A stretch of DNA of 59,206 nucleotides from Clostridia bacterium (GTDB taxonomy: Bacteria; Bacillota; Clostridia; Oscillospirales; CAG-272), in contig JAKSPU010000004.1 of assembly GCA_024404505.1 (NCBI GenBank), forward strand, positions 1-59,206. The letters are read 5' to 3'. Below the pieces are notes generated by a model. It saw nothing but the letters and a program-made list of their open reading frames with translations. It did no database searches and was not told the origin of the DNA. Shown here one piece after another: positions 28,309 through 37,887 of this stretch (position 1 is its first letter; each line of letters opens with the position of its first letter). Made by a program: the position numbers and the translations under genes.

Positions 28309-29601
28309 TTACAGCTTTGATGCCTGCTCCGCAAACCATTGCAGCATAGCCGGCTCGGTGGTGACATCGTTCTGCGGGATCCCGTACCAATGTGCGGCGC
28401 CGCCGACCTCATAGCCTCCGAACGGGAATTCATCCGCCGGGGCAAGATATCCGTTGACGGAATTCGCGTATCCGACCGTGAAGATCGCCTTTCTTTCATA
28501 GCCGGCATCGGTGAGTATCTTCTCGAGCGCGTCTCCGGTCAGCGTCAGCATCTCAAACGGCACGAACGCGAAAACGAAGCTTTTTCCGAACGCAAGCAGC
28601 TGCAAAGGGACGGTCAGGTCAAATCCCACGCCGGAATCCAGACGGCGCAGCATCGACCGTGTCCATTGCAGCTCACGGAGGGTGTAATGCTTGGTGATGT
28701 CGTCGCGGTCAAGCGCGAAATACTGCTCCTCAAGCGCACGGATCGACGAAAGCAGCGCTTCGCGGTCGGTCATAGCCAGCATGGGCAGCGTGACCTCTTC
28801 ATATGCACACGTCATGCTTCCTTCTTCCGGAGGCAGCGCCTCACCCGCGTGTGCCGATGAGGCACGGAGGACGGGATCGGTCAGCTGGCGGCCTAGCAGT
28901 TCTATCGCAGTGTCGCAATCCAGATCGCCGCCGCGCATCGGATCCACGTCGGCACCGCGGTTCTGCAGATACAGAAGCGGCACCTCGTCCGTGGACGCCG
29001 CGTTCAGCACCGACAGAAAGTCAGCGGAAACGGTCATCCCGCCGTTGATGACGGCATGGCAGGACGCCGAGCAGACGACACCGCGGAGGCATCCGTCCGT
29101 GTCTGTGAAGGACGCGCAGCGGATGGAAGGATCTATGACGTCCCGTCCGCGGCGGTTATAGCAGTTGACAAGCGTTTCCGGGGTGATATCGAACGCGAAA
29201 CGTCCCGGAACGGCGCGGTCACGCGCTTCCGCCGCGGCACGTCCGCACTGCTCACCCACCCACGCGAGGTAGTCGTAGTCCATCGGCAGCTCGTCAAGCA
29301 CCCCGCTGACGGGCGCCGCGTGCGTGTGGATGCAGCACAGCGACATATCCTCACGGGAGATGCCGGTAAGTCCGGTGATCTGATCCGAGATCAGCGTATA
29401 TACACGGGGGGAAAAGCCGATGAGGTCGAAGGACGCGATGAGGTGGAGCTTTTCTCCGCAGACGAGGACGCAGGTCTTGACGTACAACGGGTCCCGGATG
29501 CTCTCGGCGGGAGAGAGGCGGAATCCGTATCCGTCCAAAAAGTTGCCGCGCAGAGCGGGCGTGATCTCCCTTTGTGCAAAGCCGGCGCAAAGCAGAGCCA
29601 T
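28309..29601 (-). CDS. Neutral/alkaline ceramidase N-terminal-domain family protein (putative amidohydrolase)
   Basis: GFAQREITP, RDPLY, HTHAAP, NRR, CHA, SADF, GYAN...GYL...GGYE motifs. Confidence 0.7.
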   Translation of the reverse strand: MALLCAGFAQREITPALRGNFLDGYGFRLSPAESIRDPLYVKTCVLVCGEKLHLIASFDLIGFSPRVYTLISDQITGLTGISREDMSLCCIHTHAAPVSGVLDELPMDYDYLAWVGEQCGRAAAEARDRAVPGRFAFDITPETLVNCYNRRGRDVIDPSIRCASFTDTDGCLRGVVCSASCHAVINGGMTVSADFLSVLNAASTDEVPLLYLQNRGADVDPMRGGDLDCDTAIELLGRQLTDPVLRASSAHAGEALPPEEGSMTCAYEEVTLPMLAMTDREALLSSIRALEEQYFALDRDDITKHYTLRELQWTRSMLRRLDSGVGFDLTVPLQLLAFGKSFVFAFVPFEMLTLTGDALEKILTDAGYERKAIFTVGYANSVNGYLAPADEFPFGGYEVGGAAHWYGIPQNDVTTEPAMLQWFAEQASKL

Positions 29602-29806
29602 AACATACCTTCCCTTCCCGGCCGCGCCTTTGCGGCCGTATGTCTTTATACGTGCCCATTATACATCCCGCACGTCTCGCAGGCAAGGTATTTTGCGGGA
29701 AAAGTAAATATTGTCCTGATTATTGATCAATTCAGTACAAGACGCCGCAGGTCTCTCCTGTTATAATATGATTGTAACAGACTTGCACAGAAAGGAAAAA
29801 ACGACC

Positions 29807-31321
29807 ATGAAACGGATGCTTTGCCTTCTTCTTACATTTCTGCTTTTGCTGACAGCCGTCTGTCTTCCCATGACCGCCTGCGCTGAAGGCGAGGAGGGCC
29901 CCGGGACTACGCACGACACATCGGCACCCGAGGAGCAGACCGAAGGCCGCGACGAGTACGGACGTCTGCTGGTGCCGTCCTCACTGCCGGACGATCTGCA
30001 ATTTGACAATGAAACCGTGACGATCTTCTTCCGGGACCGCTGCTCGATCATGGATACGACGCTTGAATTCAAGTCGGAGGGACTCAACAGCGAGCCTGTC
30101 AACGACGCCGTGTTCACGCGCAACAAGGAGGTCGAGAACCGGCTGGGCGTCATTCTGGAGTATGAGCTGATCGACGGCGTGACCTTCGATCCGTACCTCT
30201 CCGCTGTCCGCAAGAGCTGGCAGGCGGGTGACGGCTCCTACGATATCCTCGCGTACTACGCCTATTACGGCGTTGCGATGGCGACCGAGGGCATGATGTC
30301 CAATCTGCTTGACGAGACGTACATGGATCTCTCCAAGCCGTGGTGGAATCAGGATTTTGTCAATGAGATGACGCTCTGCGACCAGCTTTACTTTGCCGTC
30401 GGAGACCTGAGTCTTTCTGCGACGCAATGCACGAACGCGGTGTTCTTCAACAAAAAGATGATGAGTGAGATGTTCGGTGGGACCGACCTGTATGCGACCG
30501 TGCAGAACGGCGATTGGACGATGGACACCTTCGGCACCATGATCGCGCAGTGCTATTCCGATATCAACGGCGATGGCAAGCGTGACCGCGGCGACCGCTA
30601 CGGTGCGGAGCTGACGGCTGTCTCCATCCCGATGGACGCCTACATCATGGCTCTCGGCTGCAGCATCACGGAAAAGGACGAGGACGGGATCCCGCAGATC
30701 GCGTTCGGCTCCGACCACTGTGTTGACGCGTTCGACAAGCTCTTTGAGCTGATCATCCACAACGAGGGCTCTCTCACCGGTCCGTGTCTCTACGAGCATT
30801 ACGACGAGGCGCAGGAGAAGTTCACAAGCTCCGAAACGCTGTTCCTTCTGGACGTGTTCCAGGCGACCGACAAGCTGCGGACGATGTCCGTGGACTACGG
30901 TGTGCTCCCGATGTTCAAGTATGACAAGGCGCAGGCCGGCTACTACACGAGCGTATCCGATCTGTTCTCCCTTTTGTCGATCTTTGCCGCGACCCGTCAC
31001 GGTGCCGCCGCGGATGCTGTCATGGAGCTGATGGCGCAGAAATCCTATGAAAAGGTCACGCCCGCTTACTTCGAGATCTCCCTCAAGCAGAAGTACAGCC
31101 AATCCAATCAGGACGCGCTGATGTTCGATCTGACACTCGCCGGACGCCGCTTCAATTTCGGCTTCGTCTACTCCAACGAGCTCGGCAATCCCACTCACCT
31201 GTGGCGTCAGATCATCGAGTCCCAGTCCAACACCTTCGCCTCCCGCCTCAAGAGCGTCAACCGTACCTACTCCAACAGCCTGAAAAAGCTCGTAGGAAAG
31301 TATGAGAAAATGGGCGGGTAA
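29807..31321 (+). CDS. Extracellular solute-binding lipoprotein
   Basis: Lipobox MTAC; NDAVFTRN, KPWW, GDWTMD, DINGDGKRD, YGVLPMFKYD. Confidence 0.8.
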   Translation: MKRMLCLLLTFLLLLTAVCLPMTACAEGEEGPGTTHDTSAPEEQTEGRDEYGRLLVPSSLPDDLQFDNETVTIFFRDRCSIMDTTLEFKSEGLNSEPVNDAVFTRNKEVENRLGVILEYELIDGVTFDPYLSAVRKSWQAGDGSYDILAYYAYYGVAMATEGMMSNLLDETYMDLSKPWWNQDFVNEMTLCDQLYFAVGDLSLSATQCTNAVFFNKKMMSEMFGGTDLYATVQNGDWTMDTFGTMIAQCYSDINGDGKRDRGDRYGAELTAVSIPMDAYIMALGCSITEKDEDGIPQIAFGSDHCVDAFDKLFELIIHNEGSLTGPCLYEHYDEAQEKFTSSETLFLLDVFQATDKLRTMSVDYGVLPMFKYDKAQAGYYTSVSDLFSLLSIFAATRHGAAADAVMELMAQKSYEKVTPAYFEISLKQKYSQSNQDALMFDLTLAGRRFNFGFVYSNELGNPTHLWRQIIESQSNTFASRLKSVNRTYSNSLKKLVGKYEKMGG

Positions 31322-31350
31322 GACGCGCCGGGGCTCTTCTCCACGACGCA

Positions 31351-31656
31351 GGAACGTGCGGGGCTCTGCCCCCGGACCCCGGCAGGGCTCTGCCCAGCAC
31401 ATTCTGAAGGGCAAGCCCTTCAGACGCTTAAGCCCTTCTTGAAAGAAGGGCTTAAGAATCCCAAGAACTTTCAAAAAAAGAATATTTACTGAGGTTCGGT
31501 TTTCGCCGGACGAGATTGGTGGGTGCCGTCATGGACGCCCACCTTTTTGAAACGCAGTCGCGGGGGTCCCTATCCCCGCTCTGACGTGCAGGCCCGCGCC
31601 CCGCAGGATGAGGGTGCAGGGAGAAGGGAGCGGCACAGCCGCTCCCTTCTCCCTGC
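31351..31656. repeat. Multi-hairpin intergenic repeat family, copy 2 (inverted relative to copies 1, 3 and 5)
   Basis: Reverse complement aligns with 36720-36947 and 59066-59206; hairpins at 31427-31456, 31518-31543, 31616-31656. Confidence 0.85.
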
Positions 31657-31670
31657 TGTCAGATACGATC

Positions 31671-32567
31671 TTATTCCTTCTTCCCGCTTTTCTTCCGCGC
31701 CTCGGATGGCGATACACCGTACACGGAACGGAATACCCTTGTAAAATAGCTGCTGTCCGAAAATCCTACCGTCTGCGCGATCTCCGATACCGATCTTGAG
31801 GTCGTCACGAGCAGGGTCTGTGCCTTCGACAGGCGGTATTCATTCAGGTAGGACATGGCGGTACGTCCCGTCAGCGCGTGGAATCTGCGGCAGAAATAGG
31901 ACGGATTCATACAGCAGACGCCCGCGAGATCGGCCAGCGTGATGTCGGAAGCGTAATGGGCGGCGATATACCGCATCGCCGGAGACAGCTGATCCACTTC
32001 ATAAGGCTTGCGGACGTGCATCTCATCTGCCGGCTCGTTCCGGAACAGCTCGGCGAACAGCTTCAGGATATCCCCTTTGATCGCCATTTCATAGCCTGTC
32101 CGCTGCTCAAGGCTTTCGTCCAGAATATCCTCAAGAAGCGCCCGGATGCGCGCGTTGTCCCCTATGCTGCTGCGGAACTGCACGCTGCGGTCCGTCACCG
32201 CGCTGATGTAGCGGATGCTGCAGATATCGTCCCGGCGGTCGTACAGGCTCGGGTCGATCATCAGGCAATGATACCGCAGCCGCCCCGCGTCACATTCCAC
32301 GGTATGCGGCTCACACGGGTTGATGAGGATGATGTCCCCGGTGCTGCATGGGATCCTGCGGCAGTCGCAGACGCAGACGCCCTGCCCTTCCAGAATGATC
32401 AGGATCTCCAGCTGCTCGTGCCACGTGATGGGTGCGTGGCCGGATTGCGCCGTCAGAACGGAATCACGGTTGATCCGGATGGGAAACAGATCGTCCGAAA
32501 ACGGGATGGATTCATACTGACCGCTCCCGGCATCGGGAAGGACATCGGGCCGTTTGTCCTGTTTCAT
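31671..32567 (-). CDS. AraC family transcriptional regulator (cupin + HTH)
   Basis: WHEQLE cupin; LADLA..MNPSYFCRRF; VSEIAQTVGFSDSSYFTRVF..YGVSP. Confidence 0.9.
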   Translation of the reverse strand: MKQDKRPDVLPDAGSGQYESIPFSDDLFPIRINRDSVLTAQSGHAPITWHEQLEILIILEGQGVCVCDCRRIPCSTGDIILINPCEPHTVECDAGRLRYHCLMIDPSLYDRRDDICSIRYISAVTDRSVQFRSSIGDNARIRALLEDILDESLEQRTGYEMAIKGDILKLFAELFRNEPADEMHVRKPYEVDQLSPAMRYIAAHYASDITLADLAGVCCMNPSYFCRRFHALTGRTAMSYLNEYRLSKAQTLLVTTSRSVSEIAQTVGFSDSSYFTRVFRSVYGVSPSEARKKSGKKE

Positions 32568-32602
32568 GGAACATACCTCCGTTCGTGTCGTTATCTGCGT
32601 CT

Positions 32603-32744
32603 ATTGTACCCGTTCGCGGCGGGATTGTCAAGCAGAAAATCAAAAAAATCACGCGGAATACCTCATTTCACGGCGAATAAATCAATTCCGTCCTGAAAGC
32701 GGTAAAACGCGGTATTGACAAGGACGAGGCCGTGGGAGTATAAT
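32603..32744. promoter_or_regulatory. Divergent promoters for AraC and the kinase-SIS-DegT operon
   Basis: Minus: TTGACA (32631-32626), 17 bp, TACAAT. Plus: TTGACA (32715), 18 bp, TATAAT (32739). Confidence 0.7.
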
Positions 32745-32800
32745 GAGCATATTAAAAGCAGTATGTCCGCCATTGGGAGGACATTCGGAAAGGAGCCGCC

Positions 32801-33793
32801 ATGTCCGATCCCCGGACCGGTATCCGCTATGTCGCCGGCATTGACGGCGGCGGTACCAAAACGAATCTCGTCCTGTATGAGGCAGCTGCCGACGGCACTC
32901 TCCGTCCGGCCGCGTCCTGCCGCGCCGGCGGCATGAACTACAACCACATCGGCGTCCCGCGTGCGGTCGCTTCGGTCACCGACGGGCTGATGACCCTCTG
33001 CGCGTCCTGCGGACTATCCCCGGACAAGCTGTCGGCGGTCGGCATCGGAGACCCGTCTTGCGATATCGAGACAGCCGGTCCTACCGGTGACGCGTTCCGC
33101 GCCGCGTTGTCCGACGCGGTCCGCGTGCCGATCTTACTCAGAAGCGACGCTTACGTCTCTCTGTTTTCTCTGACCGGAGGTCTTTGCCCCGGCGTGCTGA
33201 CCATCTCCGGCACCGGGGCGATCTGCATCGGTGAGGACGCGGAACGTCGTCTGTACGTCGCGGGCGGATGGGGGCAGCTGACGGGAGACGAGGGCTCCGG
33301 ATACTACATCGGTCTATCGGGGATCAAGGCCGCGCTCCGCGCAGCGGACGGCATAGCGCCAATGACAGCTCTTCTGCCGGCGGTGCTGGATTTCTTCGGA
33401 GTTTCCGATCCCCGTGACCTCATCGGCGTGCTATACGACCCGGAAAAGTCCGTGTCGCCCGCCGACTTTGCCCGCACGGTCGATATCTGCGCGCAGAACG
33501 GAGACGCGGCTGCCGAGGATATCCTTTCCCGCGCGGCTGAATATCTCGCCGCCTATACCGCCTCCGTCGTGCGCCGCTCGGGTGCCACGCTCGTCGGGGT
33601 ACACGGCAGCGTGCTGATCGGGAACGCGACGGTCCGTGCAGGATTCGAGGCACGTCTGCGCGTTCTCTGCCCCGGTGTGCGTATCCGTGAACCGGCTACG
33701 TCTCCGGAAGAAGCAGCCGCCCGGCTGGCGATGCGCGAGCTGCTGCGGCTTCCCTGCTCTTTCGGTACGGCTTGCATTACAAATTCTGATTAA
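32801..33793 (+). CDS. BadF/BadG/BcrA/BcrD-type sugar kinase (N-acetylglucosamine kinase-like)
   Basis: GIDGGGTKT, SDA, ISGTG, GGWG..GDEGSGYYIG. Confidence 0.85.
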   Translation: MSDPRTGIRYVAGIDGGGTKTNLVLYEAAADGTLRPAASCRAGGMNYNHIGVPRAVASVTDGLMTLCASCGLSPDKLSAVGIGDPSCDIETAGPTGDAFRAALSDAVRVPILLRSDAYVSLFSLTGGLCPGVLTISGTGAICIGEDAERRLYVAGGWGQLTGDEGSGYYIGLSGIKAALRAADGIAPMTALLPAVLDFFGVSDPRDLIGVLYDPEKSVSPADFARTVDICAQNGDAAAEDILSRAAEYLAAYTASVVRRSGATLVGVHGSVLIGNATVRAGFEARLRVLCPGVRIREPATSPEEAAARLAMRELLRLPCSFGTACITNSD

Positions 33794-33808
33794 ACAGAGG
33801 AATCAGCC

Positions 33809-34543
33809 ATGAACGCAAAGGAACTGTATTACAATGAGATCGAGCGTCTGATCGGCGCCGTCCGTATGACGCAGGATGAAAACATCGAACAGGCCGCCGT
33901 GCTGTGCGCGGACGCGCTCTGCGCGGACGGCTTCCTGTTCACCTTCGGCACCGGCCACTCTCATATGCTGGCCGAGGAGATCTTCTACCGCGCCGGGGGA
34001 CTTGCCCGCGTGTGTCCGATCCTTGAGGACGCGCTGATGCTGCATAAGGCTGCCGCGCGGTCAAGTCAGCTGGAGCGCGCACCGGGACTCGCCGGGCTTC
34101 TGCTGGACGATATCGACGCGGTGAAGTACGGCGGTGTGATGTTCATCTTTTCCAATTCCGGCTGCAACACGGTCGCCGTCGATATGGCCGAAGAGGCATG
34201 TGCCCGCGGGCTGAAGACGATCTGCATCACAAGTCTTACCCACTCCGCCGCCATGACCTCCCGCCATCCGGGCGGGAAGAAGCTCTGCGACGTGTGCGAC
34301 GTCGTCATCGATAACGGCGGCTGCCTCGGTGACGCCGCGGTCGATGCCGGCGGCATCCGCACCGGCGCTACCTCGACCGTCATCGGTGCGATGATCATGG
34401 AGGCCATAGTCGCCCGCACGGTCCAGCTCTGCCGGGAGCGCGGCGTCACACCGGAGGTCTTCGGCTCCGCCAACGTGCAGGGCGGAGACGACGTCAACGC
34501 CGCCTATATCGCCAAATACAAGCCGCTCGTCAAATCTCTTTGA
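33809..34543 (+). CDS. SIS-domain phosphosugar-binding/isomerase protein (UPF0309-like)
   Basis: FGTGHSHMLAEEIFYRAGGL, SNSG.N, SRHP.GKKL, DN....GDA. Confidence 0.85.
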   Translation: MNAKELYYNEIERLIGAVRMTQDENIEQAAVLCADALCADGFLFTFGTGHSHMLAEEIFYRAGGLARVCPILEDALMLHKAAARSSQLERAPGLAGLLLDDIDAVKYGGVMFIFSNSGCNTVAVDMAEEACARGLKTICITSLTHSAAMTSRHPGGKKLCDVCDVVIDNGGCLGDAAVDAGGIRTGATSTVIGAMIMEAIVARTVQLCRERGVTPEVFGSANVQGGDDVNAAYIAKYKPLVKSL

Positions 34544-34571
34544 AAAGATACGGAAAGGAAGGTACATTCTC

Positions 34572-35765
34572 ATGCTTGCTGCTTTCGGAGGAACACCCGT
34601 CCGCACGTCCCCCTTCCCCGGCTGGGTGCGCGTCACGGACAACGACCGTCAGAATCTGATCCGAACCGTCCGCTCGGGCGAATGGACGGAGGGCGCGCAG
34701 AGGCGCGCGTTTGAGACCCGCTTTGCCGCCGGTTGCGGCGCGAAGCATTGCTTCGCCGTCGCCAACGGCACCGTCTCGCTGGAGCTGATCCTGCGGGCGA
34801 TGGGCATCGGGTACGGTGACGAGGTCATCCTGCCGCCGTGGACGTTCATCGCGACCTTCTCGTCCATCGTCTTTACGGGCGCTACGCCCGTGTTCGCGGA
34901 CATCGACGCCGACACCTACTGCCTGTCCGCCGCCGATACCGAGCGTAAGATCACATCGCGCACCAAAGCCATCGTCGCCGTTGCCGTCGCGGGACGTCCC
35001 GTCGACTTTGACGCGCTGGAAGCGCTGGCGAAAAGACACGGGATCAAGCTGATCGTTGATGCGGCACAGGCGGTCGGCGCCTCGTGGAGAGGAAAGCGCA
35101 TCTGCACGTATGGGGATGCCGCGTCCGTCTCCTGCCAGAACACCAAGAACCTTACCTGCGGCGAGGGCGGCATCATCACGACGAACGACGACGCGCTGGC
35201 GGAGCGGCTGTCCGCCCTGCTGGGCCGTACCGGGCAGACGTCCTTTGCCTCGGTCGCGCAGGATCATAATCTGAGCGAGTTCCAATCCGCGCTGCTCAAC
35301 TCCCAATACGAAAAGCTGTACGGTGAGATCGACACGCGTGCGGACAACGCCGCTTACCTCTGCGGACGGCTGCACGGTCTTGATTTCGTCGCGCCGACCG
35401 CTTACGACGAGCGCGTCACCCGGCACGCCTACCATCTGTTCATTCTCCGCTTCAATTCCGCCGTGCTGGCGGAGAGAGGCATTAACCGGGATCAGTTCCT
35501 TGCCGCCGTTTCTGCCGAGGGCATCCCGCTCGGAGCGGGATACGCGCCCCTGTACGCCTTCCCGTGCGTCAGCTCCGACTATACGAGGCGTATCATCGGC
35601 ACGACGGTGGATACGTCTCCGCTGCCCAACACAGAGGCAGCCGCTTACACCGAGGGCTCGTGGATGTATCAATCCGTGCTTCTCGGCACGCACCGCGACA
35701 TGGACGATATCGCCGACGCGCTGATCAAGGTATGGGCGCACGCGGACGACGTCCGCAGGCTGTAA
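34572..35765 (+). CDS. DegT/DnrJ/EryC1/StrS sugar aminotransferase (PLP Lys retained)
   Basis: NGT, GDEVI, TFIAT, DAAQA, SCQNTKNLTCGEGG (Lys192). Confidence 0.9.
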   Translation: MLAAFGGTPVRTSPFPGWVRVTDNDRQNLIRTVRSGEWTEGAQRRAFETRFAAGCGAKHCFAVANGTVSLELILRAMGIGYGDEVILPPWTFIATFSSIVFTGATPVFADIDADTYCLSAADTERKITSRTKAIVAVAVAGRPVDFDALEALAKRHGIKLIVDAAQAVGASWRGKRICTYGDAASVSCQNTKNLTCGEGGIITTNDDALAERLSALLGRTGQTSFASVAQDHNLSEFQSALLNSQYEKLYGEIDTRADNAAYLCGRLHGLDFVAPTAYDERVTRHAYHLFILRFNSAVLAERGINRDQFLAAVSAEGIPLGAGYAPLYAFPCVSSDYTRRIIGTTVDTSPLPNTEAAAYTEGSWMYQSVLLGTHRDMDDIADALIKVWAHADDVRRL

Positions 35766-35780
35766 AAGGAGGGGAAAGCC

Positions 35781-36614
35781 ATGAAACAGTACAGTAATCC
35801 CGCGCTGGAAGCGCTTGAACTCGACATTCTGGACAGCGGCGTGTGGGGTACCATCGGCCCCCGTTCCGTATCCGCCGCAGCCGCTCTCGCCTCTTTCGCC
35901 GGAGCGTCCCGCGGTCTTCTCTGCCACAGCGCGGACGCCGCATACGAATCGCTGCTTCGTGCGTTCGGCTGCGCGCACGGGGATAAGATCGTGACCACCG
36001 ACCTCTGCAGCCCCTCCCACGTGCTTGTCGCCGTCTGCACGGGAACGGCCCCCCTGTTCTGCCCTGCGGACGAGGAGATTCCCTGCCTGCCCGACCCGGA
36101 TGCACTTGACGTGCTTCTCACAGACGGCGTTCGTGCCGTCGTCGCGGACTTTGCGTCCGAACAGGCAGATACCGACCGGTATCCGCTGGATAAGCTTGCA
36201 GACGTCTGCCGCACCCACCGCGTCCCGCTGATCCTCGACGTGGGCGGCTGTCTGAAGGCCAAGTGGCGCGGACAGCCCCTGACCGCATATTGCGATGCCG
36301 CTGTCTTTAATCTCGGCAAGGGCAGCGAGCTGTATGCCGGCATGGGCGGACTTGTCGCAACGGATTCGGAAGAAATCGCTGCCGGCGCGTTCGCGTACCA
36401 CAACTGCGGCCGCGGCCCCGGCGACGGCTGCTCGCTGAATTTTGACGAGATCGTGGGCGGTGATTTCCGCGTCACCGAATGGACTGCGGGAGCCGCCAAG
36501 CTGTTGCTTTCTCAGGAAGCATTTGCGGAGGCAGCGCCCAGGCTTCTGTGCCGTATGAAGGAACAGCCGCTGTACGACACGGACTATTTCCGGAAAATGA
36601 CGGGATGCCGATAA
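35781..36614 (+). CDS. Truncated, degenerate DegT-family paralog (probably non-catalytic subunit)
   Basis: Collinear with the upstream gene, but DVGG and NLGKGSELYAGMGG replace the PLP motifs; retains HNCGR..GGDFRVTE; AAGGAGG RBS. Confidence 0.75.
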   Translation: MKQYSNPALEALELDILDSGVWGTIGPRSVSAAAALASFAGASRGLLCHSADAAYESLLRAFGCAHGDKIVTTDLCSPSHVLVAVCTGTAPLFCPADEEIPCLPDPDALDVLLTDGVRAVVADFASEQADTDRYPLDKLADVCRTHRVPLILDVGGCLKAKWRGQPLTAYCDAAVFNLGKGSELYAGMGGLVATDSEEIAAGAFAYHNCGRGPGDGCSLNFDEIVGGDFRVTEWTAGAAKLLLSQEAFAEAAPRLLCRMKEQPLYDTDYFRKMTGCR

Positions 36615-36632
36615 AGGATTCCATAATCCCGG

Positions 36633-36947
36633 GCGTTTCCGCATCGCCCTAAGTTCTGCTAAACTTTTTCCCCCCTGTCCCCCCGCCCCACGGGCGGGGG
36701 GACACATATATTTTGTTACGCAGGGAGAAGGGAGCGGCTGCGCCGCTCCCTTCTCCCTGCACCCTCATCCTGCGAGACGCGGGGAAGCGATGAAACCAAA
36801 ATGGCGGGCGCCCATGACAGCACCCACCCATCTCATTCGGCGTAAATCGAGCCTCATTGAGTATTCTTTTTGAAAGTTCTTGAGATTCTCAAGGACTTCT
36901 TTCAAGAAGTCCTTGAGCGGGGTCCGGGGCAGAGCCCCGCGCGTTCC
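36633..36947. repeat. Multi-hairpin intergenic repeat family, copy 3 (most complete)
   Basis: GCGTTTCCGCATCGCC start, hairpins A, B (36720-36760), D (36803-36828), E, and GGGGCAGAGCCCC..CGTTCC end. Confidence 0.85.
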
Positions 36948-36951
36948 CCTC

Positions 36952-37683
36952 TTACTTCCACTCCGACGGAGCCATGCCCGTTTCACGGCGGAAGATGCGG
37001 GAAAAATAGAGGGAGTCGCGGAAGCCGGACATCCACGCGATCTCCTGAATGGAAAGGCCGGAACGGGGACGGAGGTGGAGCAGGCGCTTCGCGTGCTCGA
37101 TGCGCACCCACGTCAGGTGCCGGAGCGGGGTGTGACCGGTCTCACTCTCGAACAAGCGGCGGAAATAATCCTCGTTCATCGGTATGAGCGCCTGCGTTTC
37201 GGCGAAGGTGTAGGAAGGATTGGAGAAATTGGCGATGATGGAGTCGATGGCAAAAGCGACGTACGTGTTGACGGGCTTTTCCTTCATGAACGACGTCATA
37301 TAGCATAGCAGCACCGCGTGCAGATTGTCCACGATCTCCTTGTAATTGTCCCTTTTCAGAAGGTACTCGCGGTACAGTACCTCCATGACGTTGAGAAAGT
37401 CGTTGTTCTCGCTGTCGCGGAAGGTGATCCAATGCCGCATCGGGAACGCGCTGTCCTCAAATTCATAGTGGTAATTCTGAAATCCTGCCTCCGCGGAGTC
37501 GGAATGCTCCACACCGGGCGGTATGACGAATACGTCTCCCTCCCGGAACGGAACGGTCTCGCCGCCTATCTCCACGACCCCGCTGCCCTTCGTGTAGCGA
37601 ACGACCTCCCAGAATTCGTGGCTGTGTATCTTGTATAGCTTGATCGGCTCGTGCAGCCTGCCCGCGTATTTGACCTTCGACAT
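36952..37683 (-). CDS. AraC family transcriptional regulator
   Basis: HSHEFWE cupin; YFRRLF; IQEIAWMSGFRDSLYFSRIF..ETGMAPS; start at MSKVK with GGAGG RBS. Confidence 0.9.
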   Translation of the reverse strand: MSKVKYAGRLHEPIKLYKIHSHEFWEVVRYTKGSGVVEIGGETVPFREGDVFVIPPGVEHSDSAEAGFQNYHYEFEDSAFPMRHWITFRDSENNDFLNVMEVLYREYLLKRDNYKEIVDNLHAVLLCYMTSFMKEKPVNTYVAFAIDSIIANFSNPSYTFAETQALIPMNEDYFRRLFESETGHTPLRHLTWVRIEHAKRLLHLRPRSGLSIQEIAWMSGFRDSLYFSRIFRRETGMAPSEWK

Positions 37684-37720
37684 GAGAAAATTCCTCCAGC
37701 ACGTCTTTTCTGATGCGTCA

Positions 37721-37792
37721 AGTATACCATAAAAGCTGCAGGACGTCAATAGAAGTGCGTTAAGAAAAGTCGGTTTTGTCCATAAGAAAGTC
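37721..37792. promoter_or_regulatory. AraC promoter and candidate AraC-binding direct repeats
   Basis: Minus TTGACG (37749-37744), 17 bp, TATACT; TAAGAAA(A)GTC at 37761 and 37783 (22-bp period). Confidence 0.5.
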
Positions 37793-37887
37793 ACTTTTAT
37801 GTATTTTCATGCTTTGAGCATATTGCTATAATTAATACAACGGCATCATTATCTAATGGATTATTTGCACGAAAGGCAAGGGATACC

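Noticed and set aside
35781-36614. Second DegT gene as a pseudogene
   Set aside because: Uninterrupted frame, strong RBS, and selective retention of the inter-subunit motifs; kept as a CDS although function is unproven.
36870-37187. Recurring peptides KVL(G/E)ILK(D/P)FF(Q/H)E and MRVQGEG in several short ORFs
   Set aside because: Translations of the palindromic repeat family, without RBS or consistent ORF length; not a protein family.
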